Positions 17,496 to 28,467 of a DNA stretch of 32,000 nucleotides are shown here, piece after piece. The notes beneath the pieces were generated by a model. The model saw nothing but the letters and a program-made list of their open reading frames with translations, was not told the origin of the DNA and did not search any database. The stretch covers positions 570,001-602,000 of the forward strand of contig NC_008340.1 of assembly GCF_000014785.1 (NCBI RefSeq), given 5' to 3'. Position numbers and translations under genes: made by a program. This stretch comes from Alkalilimnicola ehrlichii MLHE-1 (GTDB lineage Bacteria > Pseudomonadota > Gammaproteobacteria > Nitrococcales > Halorhodospiraceae). Every line of letters starts with the position of its first letter. The stretch's first letter is position 1.

Positions 17496-19577
17496 TTATC
17501 CGCGCAGCCAGGTCAGTAACGGCTCCAGCGGTTGCGGCCGCGCGTACAGGTAGCCCTGTGCCTGTGGACAGCCGGCCTGGGCCAGGAAGGTGGCCTGGGC
17601 CTGCGTCTCAACCCCCTCGGCCACCACGTCCAGGCCCAGGGCCTCGGCCATGGCCAGCAGCGCCCGGACGATCTCCCGGTCGCTGTGGTCGTGCTCCAGG
17701 TCGGTGATGAGGGAGCGATCCAGCTTGAGCCGGTGGATAGGCAGCAGCTTGAGCCGGGCGATGTTGGAGTAGCCGGTGCCGAAGTCGTCCACCGCCAATC
17801 GGACTCCGGTCGAGCCGATGGCATTCAACGTTTCGGTCACCCTTTCCTGGTCGGCGAAGAGCGCGGATTCGGTGATCTCCACCTCCAGGGCGCCGGCCGG
17901 GAGACCGGCGGCGGCCAGGCCATCGGTCAGGATCTTCGGCAGGGAGTCATCAAGCTGGTAGGGGGACAGGTTGAGCGCAAAGCGGGCCTGCTCCAGCTCC
18001 GGCCGGGCCTGCAGCAGCGCCTTGGCCTCAGCGGTTGCGGTGTCGATCACCCATCGCCCCAGTTGCGCGATCAGCCCCGACTGCTCCGCCAGCGGGATGA
18101 ATTCGGCGGGGCTGATCGGGCGCCCATCGTCCCGCTGCCAGCGGGCCAGGGCCTCGAAGCCGGTCACCCGGCGGTTGTCGAGACCGAACTGGGGTTGCCA
18201 GGCCAGTTCGAGCCTGTTGTGCTCCAGCGCCTCGCGCAGGTCCGAGACCAGGCGCACCCGCTGTCGGGCGCGTTCATGGGCGTCGGGTGAGTAGAGACTG
18301 AAGCCGCCCTGGCCGGCGGCCTTCGCCTGGTAGAGGGCCGATTGGGCCGTCGCCATCAGCGTATCCGTGTCCGCGCCGTCGTCGGGGTAGTGGCAGATGC
18401 CGATGCTGGCGGAGACAAAGAAGGGCTCTTGGTCGATCAGGATCGGGTTTTCCAGGGTGCGCAGCAGGCGTTGGGCCACGGTGTGGACGTTGAGCTCTTC
18501 GCCCTCCACGAGGATGACGAATTCATCGCCGCCCATGCGTGCCAGGTCGTCTTTCTCCCGCAGGCAGGTCTGCAGCCGCTGGCCGACCTCCACCAGCACC
18601 TGATCGCCGGCAGTGTGGCTGTAGGTGTCGTTGATCTCCTTGAACCGGTCCAGGCCCAGGTAGAGGAGGGAGAAGGAGAACCCGCGGTGTTCGGCCAGGG
18701 CGATGATCTGCCGGAGGCGATCAAGGAACAGAGTCCGGTTGGGTAGTCCGGTCAGGCTGTCGTAATTGGCCAATGCATGCAGCCGATCGTGCAGCTCCTT
18801 GTGCTTGGTGATGTCGGAGAAGACCCCGACGTAATTCGTGATCCGTCCGGCCTCGTCGCGGATGGCATCCACGTGGAGCCACTCCGGGTAGACCTCGCCG
18901 TTCTTGCGCCGGTTCCAGATCTCCCCCTCCCAGGTCCCGTGCTCCCGAAGCTGTTCCCACATGTCCGCGTAGAAGTCAGCGCTGTGGCGTCCGGAGGAGA
19001 GGATGCTGGGGCTCTGGCCCAGGGCCTCCCGGGGTTCATAGCCGGTGGTGTTCACAAAGGCACGGTTGACGGAGATGATGCGCTGTTCCGCGTCCGTCAC
19101 CATGATCCCCTCGGAGGTGGCGTTGAAGACCGCGCTGGCGATCTCGTGGGCGTGGAGCTCATCCTGCAGTTGCAGGATGAGCGATTCGCGCTCGCGGCGC
19201 AGCGCTTGTTCGCGGGACAACAGCACGGAAAAGAGACAGGTGTGCGAGGTGACGCCAATACACTCGCCCCGCTCATCCACCACCGGCAGGTGCAGGGTGG
19301 GGGCGCGGTCCAGCGCATTCAGCACGTCTCGCACCGCGGCGTCGGCGGCTACCGGTTCTGGGGGGCGTTTGACCAGCAGGTCGGCGAAGATGCGGCCGGG
19401 GAAGAGGGCGGCCTGGCGCTCCTCCACCAGCCCCATGAAGCGCCCGTCCTCGTTCAGCACCGCGAAGGCGCGCACCGGCTCTTTACCATCACGCACCACA
19501 TCGCGGTAACGCTGGATGGCGGCCACCTCGATCCAGTGGCTGCAGAGTAGGTCCGATGCCTGAAGATCGCCGTTCAT
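17496..19577 (-). CDS. CBS-like/PAS/GGDEF/EAL protein (diguanylate cyclase/phosphodiesterase)
   Basis: PAS ([20 protein letters not shown]...), GGDEF ([14 protein letters not shown]), EAL ([27 protein letters not shown]). N-terminus contains CBS-like segments ([15 protein letters not shown]). Confidence 0.92.
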   Translation of the reverse strand: MNGDLQASDLLCSHWIEVAAIQRYRDVVRDGKEPVRAFAVLNEDGRFMGLVEERQAALFPGRIFADLLVKRPPEPVAADAAVRDVLNALDRAPTLHLPVVDERGECIGVTSHTCLFSVLLSREQALRRERESLILQLQDELHAHEIASAVFNATSEGIMVTDAEQRIISVNRAFVNTTGYEPREALGQSPSILSSGRHSADFYADMWEQLREHGTWEGEIWNRRKNGEVYPEWLHVDAIRDEAGRITNYVGVFSDITKHKELHDRLHALANYDSLTGLPNRTLFLDRLRQIIALAEHRGFSFSLLYLGLDRFKEINDTYSHTAGDQVLVEVGQRLQTCLREKDDLARMGGDEFVILVEGEELNVHTVAQRLLRTLENPILIDQEPFFVSASIGICHYPDDGADTDTLMATAQSALYQAKAAGQGGFSLYSPDAHERARQRVRLVSDLREALEHNRLELAWQPQFGLDNRRVTGFEALARWQRDDGRPISPAEFIPLAEQSGLIAQLGRWVIDTATAEAKALLQARPELEQARFALNLSPYQLDDSLPKILTDGLAAAGLPAGALEVEITESALFADQERVTETLNAIGSTGVRLAVDDFGTGYSNIARLKLLPIHRLKLDRSLITDLEHDHSDREIVRALLAMAEALGLDVVAEGVETQAQATFLAQAGCPQAQGYLYARPQPLEPLLTWLRG

Positions 19578-19912
19578 GTCCCCTCCGAGTCGATCTGGAC
19601 CTCGATTTCCATCTCTAGGTGGACGATCTCCTCCGGCCCCATCAGCGGTTTCACCCGCGTCAGCACAAAGTCACGGACCTGGTCGGCGCTGAGCTTGCGC
19701 AGCACGGCGCTGCGTACCAGGACATCGCCGATGACCTCGTCCTCGATCTCCAGGTGTTCGTAGGGCGTGATGGTGAGCAGATCCAGCGCCTTGGCCACCG
19801 CCATGTGGCCGATGGGGGACTCACGCCCCAGGACCAGGCCATCGTGGATAGGCGGCAGGGAGAATTCCTTGACGCTGGCGCGGATGATATAGCGGCTGCT
19901 GTCCCGTTGCAT
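19574..19912 (-). CDS. Hypothetical protein (112 aa), overlapping the GGDEF/EAL gene
   Basis: MQRDSSRYIIRASVKEFSLPPIHDGLVLGRESPIGHMAVAKALDLLTITPYEHLEIEDEVIGDVLVRSAVLRKL...; its stop overlaps the next start by 4 nt (ATGA). Confidence 0.75.
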   Translation of the reverse strand: MQRDSSRYIIRASVKEFSLPPIHDGLVLGRESPIGHMAVAKALDLLTITPYEHLEIEDEVIGDVLVRSAVLRKLSADQVRDFVLTRVKPLMGPEEIVHLEMEIEVQIDSEGT

Positions 19913-20078
19913 GGTTCCGGTTTCGGTTGGATCGGGTGTTAGTTATGCGAAAAACGCTGATACAGGATCAGGTCTCCCTGCCTTAATAGTCGGCAAACCG
20001 GCGGGAAGCTGAACCCATAATGTTCAATACCATGAGATTAGCAGGTTTTCTCGCGCCGGTTGCGGGGGCCTTCACCGC

Positions 20079-21359
20079 CTATTGCCACCAAGCCACGGCC
20101 AGCCCGGCGGCCAGCGACAACAGCATGGGACCGGTGACCCGTTTGCCCAGCGCGCCGGTGCCGATCACCGCGGCCAGGCCGCCCTTGATCAGGTTGTTCA
20201 CCGAGGCGGCGATGACGATGCCCATCACCGCCGTGTCCAGGGTGATGGAGACGTTGGACATCCGGGTCAACGACAACGTGATGGCGTCCACGTCCGCCAC
20301 CCCGGAGGAGGCGGCCAGCAGATAGATGCCGGCGTCCCCCAGCCATTCCCGCAGCCATTCACCGAGGAACATGATGGCGGTGAGCAAGGCACCGAACATC
20401 AACGCCGACTTCAGATCCAGCGGGTTCTGTTTTAGGGTCGGCTGGGCCACGTCCTGGCGCCGGCGTTGCCGGTGCCAGATGACCAGCGCGGGCAGGTAGA
20501 GCAGGGTGGCCATGACGATGACCGGCAGCACCAGCGCCGGGATCAGTGCCGGATTGATGATCAGCGCATAGAGCAGGATGCGCGGGAACATGGTGCCGCA
20601 GGCGATGAGGATGCCGGCGGCCAGCAGTGGGCTGAGTTCGGCGGCCTGGCGCGACTGTCGGGAGAAGTGCAGGGTCAGCGCGGTGGAGGAGCTCAGCCCC
20701 GCGAACAGGCTGGTGAACAGGATCCCCTTCTCGGTGCCGCCGACCCGGACGGCGAAGTAGCCGACGAAGGAGACCGAGGCGATCAACACCACCAGCCACC
20801 AGATCTCGTAAGGGTTGATGGCCCTGCCGGGGCCCATGCCCTCGTCCGGCAGCAGGGGCAGCATGACCACGGAGATCAACAGCAGCTTGAAGGCCGCGTC
20901 CAGCTCATGGGCATGAAGCTGGTTGATCAGGCCGTGGATCTCCCGCTTGTTGTCCAGGATCAGCACCGTGACCACTGCGCCCGCGGTGGCCACCACCATG
21001 TCCACCGCCACCGCGATCGCCCCGAACGAGAAGGTGAGTATCTGGCCCACCGCGCCGGTGATACTGACGTTGCGCTCCTGCTCCGCCTGGGTGCGGTAGG
21101 CCACCAGCGTCAGCGCCGCCACGCCGATCAGCATCACCGGGAAGGCCCAGGGGCTGAGGGCCTCGGAAAGCACCGCCGACAGGCCACCCAACAGCCCGAG
21201 CAGGGCATAGGTGCGGATCCCTGCCACCCGGCGCCCGGCGGCCAGCTCCCGCGATTCCCAACCGCGCTCCAGACCGATGAGCGCGCCCAGCAGCAGTGCC
21301 ACAGCCAACTGCAGGATGGTTTCGTTGCCGGCGATGAACTGCTCGGTGAGTTCTTCCAT
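20079..21359 (-). CDS. MgtC/SapB-DUF4010 family membrane protein
   Basis: LLLGALIGLERGWESRE...GIRTYALLGLLGGLSA typical of MgtC N-terminus; C-terminal DUF4010-like NPLDLKSALMFGALLTAIMFLGEWLREWLGDAGIYLLAASSGVADVDAITLSLTRM. Confidence 0.88.
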   Translation of the reverse strand: MEELTEQFIAGNETILQLAVALLLGALIGLERGWESRELAAGRRVAGIRTYALLGLLGGLSAVLSEALSPWAFPVMLIGVAALTLVAYRTQAEQERNVSITGAVGQILTFSFGAIAVAVDMVVATAGAVVTVLILDNKREIHGLINQLHAHELDAAFKLLLISVVMLPLLPDEGMGPGRAINPYEIWWLVVLIASVSFVGYFAVRVGGTEKGILFTSLFAGLSSSTALTLHFSRQSRQAAELSPLLAAGILIACGTMFPRILLYALIINPALIPALVLPVIVMATLLYLPALVIWHRQRRRQDVAQPTLKQNPLDLKSALMFGALLTAIMFLGEWLREWLGDAGIYLLAASSGVADVDAITLSLTRMSNVSITLDTAVMGIVIAASVNNLIKGGLAAVIGTGALGKRVTGPMLLSLAAGLAVAWWQ

Positions 21360-21705
21360 TGCTGGCGGCTGTGGCCCGGGGCGGGCCCCTCCCTGTCGCG
21401 GCACGCGGGCCTCCCCGGGCGGCGATCGCCCGGCGGGGAGACATCCTGTCTAACCATAGCGGTTAGCAGCGACCGGTGACACCGGCGCCGGGCCGGTCAC
21501 CTCATTCGGGGCAGGATCCGGGGCTGCGGCGAAAGGCCCCAGCGGCGGTGCCGGCGTGTCCGGCCGGCCCGGCTTGACGCTCAGGCGCATCCCGAGTAGG
21601 TTTGCTCCTTTTCCTGCGAGCGCTTTTTTCAGGCCCCGGTGCGATCAGGCCCGGTCGGCCGGGTGCGCATCGCCCCCGGGGCAGATCCAGAAGGACCAGC
21701 GGACC

Positions 21706-23273
<1,568 letters not shown>

Positions 23274-23328
23274 CGCGCCACCGTTCCGGCGCCCCGTCTC
23301 CGGGGCCGCCATCCTGGACGCCGAGGCC

Positions 23329-23358
23329 GGGCCCCTGAGCAGGGGCCCGGTTTTTTTT
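23329..23358 (+). terminator. Rho-independent terminator downstream of ilvC
   Basis: CCGGGCCCCTGAGCAGGGGCCCGGTTTTTTTT: perfect stem with an 8-nt T run. Confidence 0.93.
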
Positions 23359-23525
23359 GTGTGCCGCCACCGCGTACCGCCAGGGCCTCTACCACACACA
23401 AAAGCAACTAATACCAATCGGGTGTGGCAAGTTGTCTTGTATATTCTACGTTTTCTTTGAAGCGGTCTTTGCTCTTGTGGGGGGTGGCCGCTGGAACAAG
23501 AACGGTAAAGATTGACGGAGGGAAT

Positions 23526-24587
23526 ATGCGTTATCCGGTCTATTGCAAGGGAGCGCTGGTCGTCGGGTTGCTCTCCCCCTTGGCGCTGACCGGCTGCCTG
23601 TCGTCTGGCAGCAGCAGCGGGAACGGAGACGAGGGGACGGAGGAGATGACGGCTGCCGAAAGCGAGGAGATGGCCGTGGGCATGGGGCTTGCGCCCCAGG
23701 AGCTCCTCTTTGATTTCATCGGTAACTCCGAGGAGGTGCTTGACGGGCCGCCGCCCCTGGCGGAGGCGGACGACGGAATGGGAGGCCAGACGGTCACCGC
23801 CACGGGTGGCTCGGGCTGGGACGATTTCGAGTGTGACACCGGGACCCTGGAGGTAACCAGCGGCCCGGACTACTTCGAACTGGACGCCGACGAGTGCATG
23901 AGGTCTTCCTCGGGCCCCACGTTCGACAGCGACACCCTGATTGACGGGTACATGGAGCTGGATTTCACCGTGACGCCGGACGCCGGCTACGACACCGCCT
24001 TACACTGGACCGCGAACGATTACCGCTCGGAGGTGGAGACCACCGGCGATATCGAGATGCACTTTTGGATGACCTTCGACGGGGAGTACGAGAATCATTT
24101 CTCAGGTGCGGGGGTGGAGGATGCCCGGCTGGAAGTGCTGAGCGCAGTGAACAGTGAGTTCGGCGGTATGTGCGACGGACAGGAAGTCCGGATGAGCACG
24201 CAGATGGATGCGGGCCTGGAGGCCACCATCGAAGGGCCGAGCAGCGGTCCGATCGATTTCACCATCGACGGCGGTATGAGTGTCGGGCTCTATTCGGAGG
24301 CCTCGGACCCCACCATCGACCGGCTGTTCTCTGTGGTGTACGACACTGTCGCGGATCTGCGGCTTGATGACCCGGGTGATGATTACCCGAGCAGTGGTGA
24401 ATTGCACATGGAGGGATCGGCCGGTGGCCATGACTTCAATATCACGATGACCTTCCACGACAACGAAGTCTGCATTGATGGGGCGACCGAGATCGAGAAC
24501 CGCTGTTACTCCCACGCCGAACTGGACGATAAGGCGGACGACGAGGACGACTTTAACGACGACTTCCTCTGCGCCGTCGGTATGTAG
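23526..24587 (+). CDS. Hypothetical acidic lipoprotein
   Basis: MRYPVYCKGALVVGLLSPLALTGC|LSSGSSSGNGDEGTEE: lipobox; very Asp/Glu-rich mature part; start preceded by GGAGGG. Confidence 0.8.
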   Translation: MRYPVYCKGALVVGLLSPLALTGCLSSGSSSGNGDEGTEEMTAAESEEMAVGMGLAPQELLFDFIGNSEEVLDGPPPLAEADDGMGGQTVTATGGSGWDDFECDTGTLEVTSGPDYFELDADECMRSSSGPTFDSDTLIDGYMELDFTVTPDAGYDTALHWTANDYRSEVETTGDIEMHFWMTFDGEYENHFSGAGVEDARLEVLSAVNSEFGGMCDGQEVRMSTQMDAGLEATIEGPSSGPIDFTIDGGMSVGLYSEASDPTIDRLFSVVYDTVADLRLDDPGDDYPSSGELHMEGSAGGHDFNITMTFHDNEVCIDGATEIENRCYSHAELDDKADDEDDFNDDFLCAVGM

Positions 24588-24726
24588 TCACCGTCTCCCG
24601 TCTCATGCGGCACCCCCGGTGTGGCCCTGCGCCCGCCGGGGGTTTCTTTTGGGGGGTGCTTGCCAGGCCGCTGCTCAGGCGGGATGCTTGGGTCAGGCTT
24701 GGCTGGGTCTGGAAAAAGGAGGGGGC

Positions 24727-25230
24727 ATGACCGAGCACTTCGATCCCTGGGTGATCTGGCTGGTGGCCGGACTGGCGCTGATTCTCGCCGACCTGTTGCT
24801 GGCCGGTGGCACCAGCGGTGTGCTGCTGTTGCTGGGGCTGACGGCCCTGGCGGGCATGGCGGCGGCGCTGCTGGGGCTGGGATTGACGGGGCAACTCGCA
24901 GTGGCCGGCGTGGCTGGCCTGCTGCTGCTGCCCGTCGTGCTTTGGTTCATGCGGCGGATGAGCGGCGGTCGCAGTGGGACGGCCCGGCGGGACACCCGGG
25001 TGGGTGGCGAGACCTACGTGGTCGAGCGTTGGGGCGAGCGGTTGGGCATCCGCGTGCTGGGCGACTTCTTCCCCGTCCGACTGGTGGACCCCGGTGACGG
25101 GCCTGCCGGTGACCGGCCGCTCGCCCCGGGTGAGCGCGTCCGGGTGCTGCGCTTCAGCGGGATTACCGCGGAGGTCTGCCGGGTGGCCGATGCCGACCGG
25201 TCGGACCCGGCGGACGCCCGGCGCGACTGA
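24727..25230 (+). CDS. NfeD family protein
   Basis: MTEHFDPWVIWLVAGLALILADLLLAGGTSGVLLLLGLTALAGMAAALLGL... followed by OB-fold-like VGGETYVVERWGERLGIRVLGDFFPVRLV...LAPGERVRVLRFSGITAEV. Confidence 0.75.
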   Translation: MTEHFDPWVIWLVAGLALILADLLLAGGTSGVLLLLGLTALAGMAAALLGLGLTGQLAVAGVAGLLLLPVVLWFMRRMSGGRSGTARRDTRVGGETYVVERWGERLGIRVLGDFFPVRLVDPGDGPAGDRPLAPGERVRVLRFSGITAEVCRVADADRSDPADARRD

Positions 25231-25333
25231 CCTATCCGTCACCTTTTCCGGCCCTTACAAGGGCCGGTCAGGGATCAGACAGGAAGCGCATACCACTTAT
25301 GCATCAATGGTCTAACGCTTTGCGCGAAAAATG

Positions 25334-25362
25334 TTGCGGCGCACCACCGGCTTTGGTATTGT
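25334..25362 (+). promoter_or_regulatory. Candidate sigma70-like promoter for phasin gene
   Basis: TTGCGG (25334-25339), 17-nt spacer, TATTGT (25357-25362). Confidence 0.4.
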
Positions 25363-25431
25363 GCACTGCATCAGGAGGGGACAACCTCAGCTCCTGAACC
25401 CCCAAGCCATTTTGATGCAAAGGTGAACACT

Positions 25432-25797
25432 ATGAGCAACGAGACTTTCCAGCAGTATTCCGAGCAGGCTGAGAAGCTGTTTGTCGGCCCCGCCCGTGCC
25501 TACGCCGGCCTGGGTTTGGACTACTTCGAGAAGCTGGTCAACATTCAGTTCGAGGCCGCCAAGGCCAACACTGAGACCGCTCTGAAGCAGACTCGCGCCG
25601 CGCTGGACATCAAGGACCAGAACGACCTGCAGTCCTACGTCGAAGGCCAGCGCAAGCTCGCCGAAGAGATTGGCCAGCGTGCCAAGGGCGAGGCCGAGAA
25701 GGTCGTGGCCCTGAACCAGGAGCTGGCGCAGAACGCCCAGAAGCTGGTGCAGGACAGCGCCCGCGAGTTCGGCAACGTCGCCGGCCAGGCCAAGTAA
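25432..25797 (+). CDS. Phasin family protein
   Basis: MSNETFQQYSEQAEKLFVGPARAYAGLGLDYFEKLVNIQFEAAKANTETALKQTRAALDIKDQNDLQSYVEGQRKLAEEI...; amphipathic helical, typical of phasins. Confidence 0.88.
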   Translation: MSNETFQQYSEQAEKLFVGPARAYAGLGLDYFEKLVNIQFEAAKANTETALKQTRAALDIKDQNDLQSYVEGQRKLAEEIGQRAKGEAEKVVALNQELAQNAQKLVQDSAREFGNVAGQAK

Positions 25798-25845
25798 GGT
25801 CCGCTGTAGGGTCGGGCGTCGCCGGCGCCCGTGTCCTGCCGGAAA

Positions 25846-25888
25846 GAGGGCCCCGGGGGTTTACGCGCCCCCCGGGGCCCTCGTCTTT
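25846..25888 (+). terminator. Rho-independent terminator downstream of phasin gene
   Basis: GAGGGCCCCGGGGGTTTACGCGCCCCCCGGGGCCCTCGTCTTTT: strong stem plus T-rich tail. Confidence 0.88.
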
Positions 25889-25956
25889 TCGGGGCCCGCT
25901 TTTCCGCGGCCGGCCTCACGGCCGGCCTCACGGCCGGGGTCATCCGGCCCGCGGGG

Positions 25957-26163
25957 TCACTGCCGGCCGAAGAGGATCAGCATCAGGCCCACGATGGAGG
26001 CCACACCGCCGCTGATCAGCATCATGGCGGTCTGGTCAGTGAAGTTACCGGTGGCCTCCCATTGCGCCTGCTCCTCCGGCGTCGAGGCCAGGCCCCAGCC
26101 GAAGTAAAGCAGTACCGCACCGGCGATCAAAATGACCAGTCCCAGCAGCCGTTTCCAATGCAT
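25957..26163 (-). CDS. DUF3185-like small membrane protein
   Basis: MHWKRLLGLVILIAGAVLLYFGWGLASTPEEQAQWEATGNFTDQTAMMLISGGVASIVGLMLILFGRQ: two TM segments and the typical ASTPxEQ...FTDxTxMxxIxGG pattern. Confidence 0.8.
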   Translation of the reverse strand: MHWKRLLGLVILIAGAVLLYFGWGLASTPEEQAQWEATGNFTDQTAMMLISGGVASIVGLMLILFGRQ

Positions 26164-26288
26164 CGGTTCACTCCGTCAGTTTGCCGTCCGCCCTGCGCCC
26201 GCGGCGGGCCGGCCTTGTGGTTCGTTCCGGGCCGCATTCAGAGGTTACACTAGGTAGCCCAGCCCCACAGCCAGTAAAGCGAACCCCC

Positions 26289-27044
26289 ATGGATGCGAGC
26301 AAGCGCCGTCGTGGCATCTATCTGCTGCCCAACCTCCTGACCACCGGTTGTCTGTTTTTCGGCTTCTTCGCCATCATCTCGGCCTTCAACGGCGACTTCC
26401 GCAACGCGGCCCTGGCCATCTTCATTGCCATGGTCTTCGATGGCCTGGACGGCCGTGTGGCACGGATGACCAACACCCAAAGCGACTTCGGCGTACAGTT
26501 TGACAGCATTGCGGACATGGTCAGCTTCGGCGTAGGGCCGGCCCTGGTGGCCTGGATCTGGGCGCTCTCCGGCACCGCCAGCCTGCCCGGGCCGTTGGCC
26601 AAGCTGGGTCTGCTGATCGCCTTCGTCTACGCGGCCTGCGCGGCACTGCGCCTGGCCCGGTTCAACACCCAGGTGGGGATGGCGGACAAGCGCTACTTCC
26701 AGGGGCTGCCCAGTCCGGCGGCCGCCGGTGTGGTGGCGGGGCTGATCTGGGTGGGGGATCACCTGGGTATCAGCGACGGCAGTGCCATGATCGCCAGTGG
26801 GGTCATTGTCCTCACGGCCGGCCTGCTGATGGTCAGCCGATTGCGCTACTATAGCTTCAAAGAGGTGGACTTCCGCTACCGGGTGCCCTTCTTCACCATG
26901 GTGGTGGTGCTGCTTGCCCTGGCCTTCCTACTGATCCACCCGCCCACCGTGCTTTTCGCCGGTTTTTTCATCTACATGCTCTCCGGTCCCGCGCTCACCT
27001 GGCATCAGCGTCGCCGACGCGTGCGCGAGGGGCGCTCCGGCTGA
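26289..27044 (+). CDS. pssA: CDP-diacylglycerol--serine O-phosphatidyltransferase
   Basis: RRGIYLLPNLLTTGCLFFGFFAIISAFNGDFRNAALAIFIAMVFDGLDGRVARMTNTQSDFGVQFDSIADMVSFGVGPA: CDP-alcohol phosphatidyltransferase motif. Confidence 0.94.
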   Translation: MDASKRRRGIYLLPNLLTTGCLFFGFFAIISAFNGDFRNAALAIFIAMVFDGLDGRVARMTNTQSDFGVQFDSIADMVSFGVGPALVAWIWALSGTASLPGPLAKLGLLIAFVYAACAALRLARFNTQVGMADKRYFQGLPSPAAAGVVAGLIWVGDHLGISDGSAMIASGVIVLTAGLLMVSRLRYYSFKEVDFRYRVPFFTMVVVLLALAFLLIHPPTVLFAGFFIYMLSGPALTWHQRRRRVREGRSG

Positions 27045-27092
27045 TCGGCCGGGCCACAGCGGGATGCCCCCGCCACCCCGGCTCGCCATCGG

Positions 27093-28055
27093 TCAGGGCC
27101 AGCGCCGCCGGATCAGCCAGTAGCGCCGCTGCGGGCGGGTGGCCGGCGGGATGACCCGCAGGGTGAACGGCGGCCGACCCAAGAGCTCCGACGGGGTCGC
27201 CGCCGGTCGCCGATGCGCCAGGTTCTGCAGGCGTTGGATGCGCTCCTCGGTTGGTGGGTGGGTGCGCAGCCATGGCGGGGCCAGTTGCGGGGTGCGCCCG
27301 AAGAGGCTGCGCAACCAGCCCCCATTGAACCGTTCCAGCTTCACCAGGGCCGACATCAACCCTTCGGGGTCGCCGGTGAGGTTCGCCGCCTCCATGTCCG
27401 CCGCGTACTCCCGGTTCCGGGACAGGGCCAGTTGCAGCAGGGTGCTGGCGCTGGGGGCGAACAGAATGGCGAGGAAGAGCAGCCAGGGGATGGGCAGCTC
27501 GCCCGCCAGCCACCAGGGCAACAGCAGGAGCAGCACCACCTGGCCCAGCACCGCCGCCCAGAAGGTGAGCCGGGCCATGGCGTCGGCCATGGCCATCACC
27601 GTGGTGTCGTTGTGCCGCAGGTGGCTGACCTCGTGGGCCAGTACGCCGGCCAGTTCGCGCAGGTTCAAGGTGCGCAGCAGACCGCTGCTGACGGCGATGC
27701 CGCCGTCGTCCCGGTGACCGACCGCAAAGGCATTTAAGGCCGGAGAGGGCAGGTAATAGAGCGTGGGGCGGTGGCGCAGCCCCGCCCGTCGGTAGAGCTC
27801 CGTCAGCACCTGGTAGAGCTCCGGCGCCGCCCGCACCGGCAAGGGCGAGGCACCGGAGTGGGCAAGCAGCAACCGGGCGGGCAGGCTGCGCGCCGCGAGG
27901 CTGGTGATCAGCGCCAGGGCCACCGCCCAGACCAACCCGGCGCCGCCGGCCAGGAGCCAGCCCATCAGCCCCAGGAGCAGGGTCAGACCCCCTAACAGCA
28001 GGGCGGCGGCGAGCAGATTCTGTAGCTTGCGGTACGCCAGGTTTGCGGTGTCCAT
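27093..28055 (-). CDS. M48-family (HtpX-like) membrane metallopeptidase
   Basis: LNLRELAGVLAHEVSHLRHND (HEXXH), LSRNREYAADMEAANLTGDPEGL, four hydrophobic segments; start MDTANL at 28055. Confidence 0.88.
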   Translation of the reverse strand: MDTANLAYRKLQNLLAAALLLGGLTLLLGLMGWLLAGGAGLVWAVALALITSLAARSLPARLLLAHSGASPLPVRAAPELYQVLTELYRRAGLRHRPTLYYLPSPALNAFAVGHRDDGGIAVSSGLLRTLNLRELAGVLAHEVSHLRHNDTTVMAMADAMARLTFWAAVLGQVVLLLLLPWWLAGELPIPWLLFLAILFAPSASTLLQLALSRNREYAADMEAANLTGDPEGLMSALVKLERFNGGWLRSLFGRTPQLAPPWLRTHPPTEERIQRLQNLAHRRPAATPSELLGRPPFTLRVIPPATRPQRRYWLIRRRWP

Positions 28056-28154
28056 CCGGTCAGTTATGACGGAAACCGGTGCTCGGGCGCAAGCGTTCGG
28101 GTGGCGGCCGCCGGCCCGGGGGGAAAGACCCGGCAGGACGGTGGTGATTGGGGT

Positions 28155-28184
28155 TGTCAGTGCACAGGGTTCGCGTTTATAGTC
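28155..28184 (+). promoter_or_regulatory. Candidate sigma70-like promoter upstream of leuA leader region
   Basis: TTGTCA (28155-28160), 18-nt spacer, TATAGT (28179-28184). Confidence 0.55.
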
Positions 28185-28229
28185 AAGCTCAATCGGTTCC
28201 AACACAACGGCCAGAGTGTTCCATACCTC

Positions 28230-28358
28230 ATGATCTTCCAAGGGTTGCCCAGCGACGCAATCTCCACCGGCGCCTCCCGGCGTTGGGCGTCGTCCCTGTC
28301 CGGCCGTCCGCTGCTGACCTTCACCAGTCTGCGACTGCTGCTGCCGCAAGGCAGCTAA
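28230..28358 (+). CDS. Candidate leucine-rich leader peptide upstream of leuA (42 aa)
   Basis: [48 protein letters not shown]; 6 CTG Leu codons among the last 16 sense codons; ends 109 nt before the leuA start. No clear Shine-Dalgarno. Confidence 0.4.
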   Translation: MIFQGLPSDAISTGASRRWASSLSGRPLLTFTSLRLLLPQGS

Positions 28359-28467
28359 GTCACCCCCACCTCACAGTCTGTCCAGTTTCCAGGCCCGCGT
28401 CTCGGCAGCGGGAGGGTATTCGTATAAGGTGGTCGGCGTGCGCGGCCGGCCTTCCGGGAGAACCATC

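Noticed and set aside
20466-21479. 337-aa plus-strand ORF
   Set aside because: Antisense shadow of the MgtC/DUF4010 gene, rich in His/Gln/Asp with no recognisable motif.
21574-21602. TTGACG-17-TAGGTT as ilvH promoter and a BCAA attenuator
   Set aside because: The -10 match is poor, and I found neither an Ile/Val/Leu-rich leader peptide nor a clear terminator before ilvH.
25240-25275. CCGGCCCTTACAAGGGCCGG hairpin after the NfeD gene as a terminator
   Set aside because: Perfect stem but no T run immediately downstream on the plus strand, so it is not supported as a rho-independent terminator.
25907-25937. 12-bp direct repeat CGGCCGGCCTCA (2.6 copies)
   Set aside because: Short GC-rich repetition in an intergenic region; probably slippage, with no further signal.
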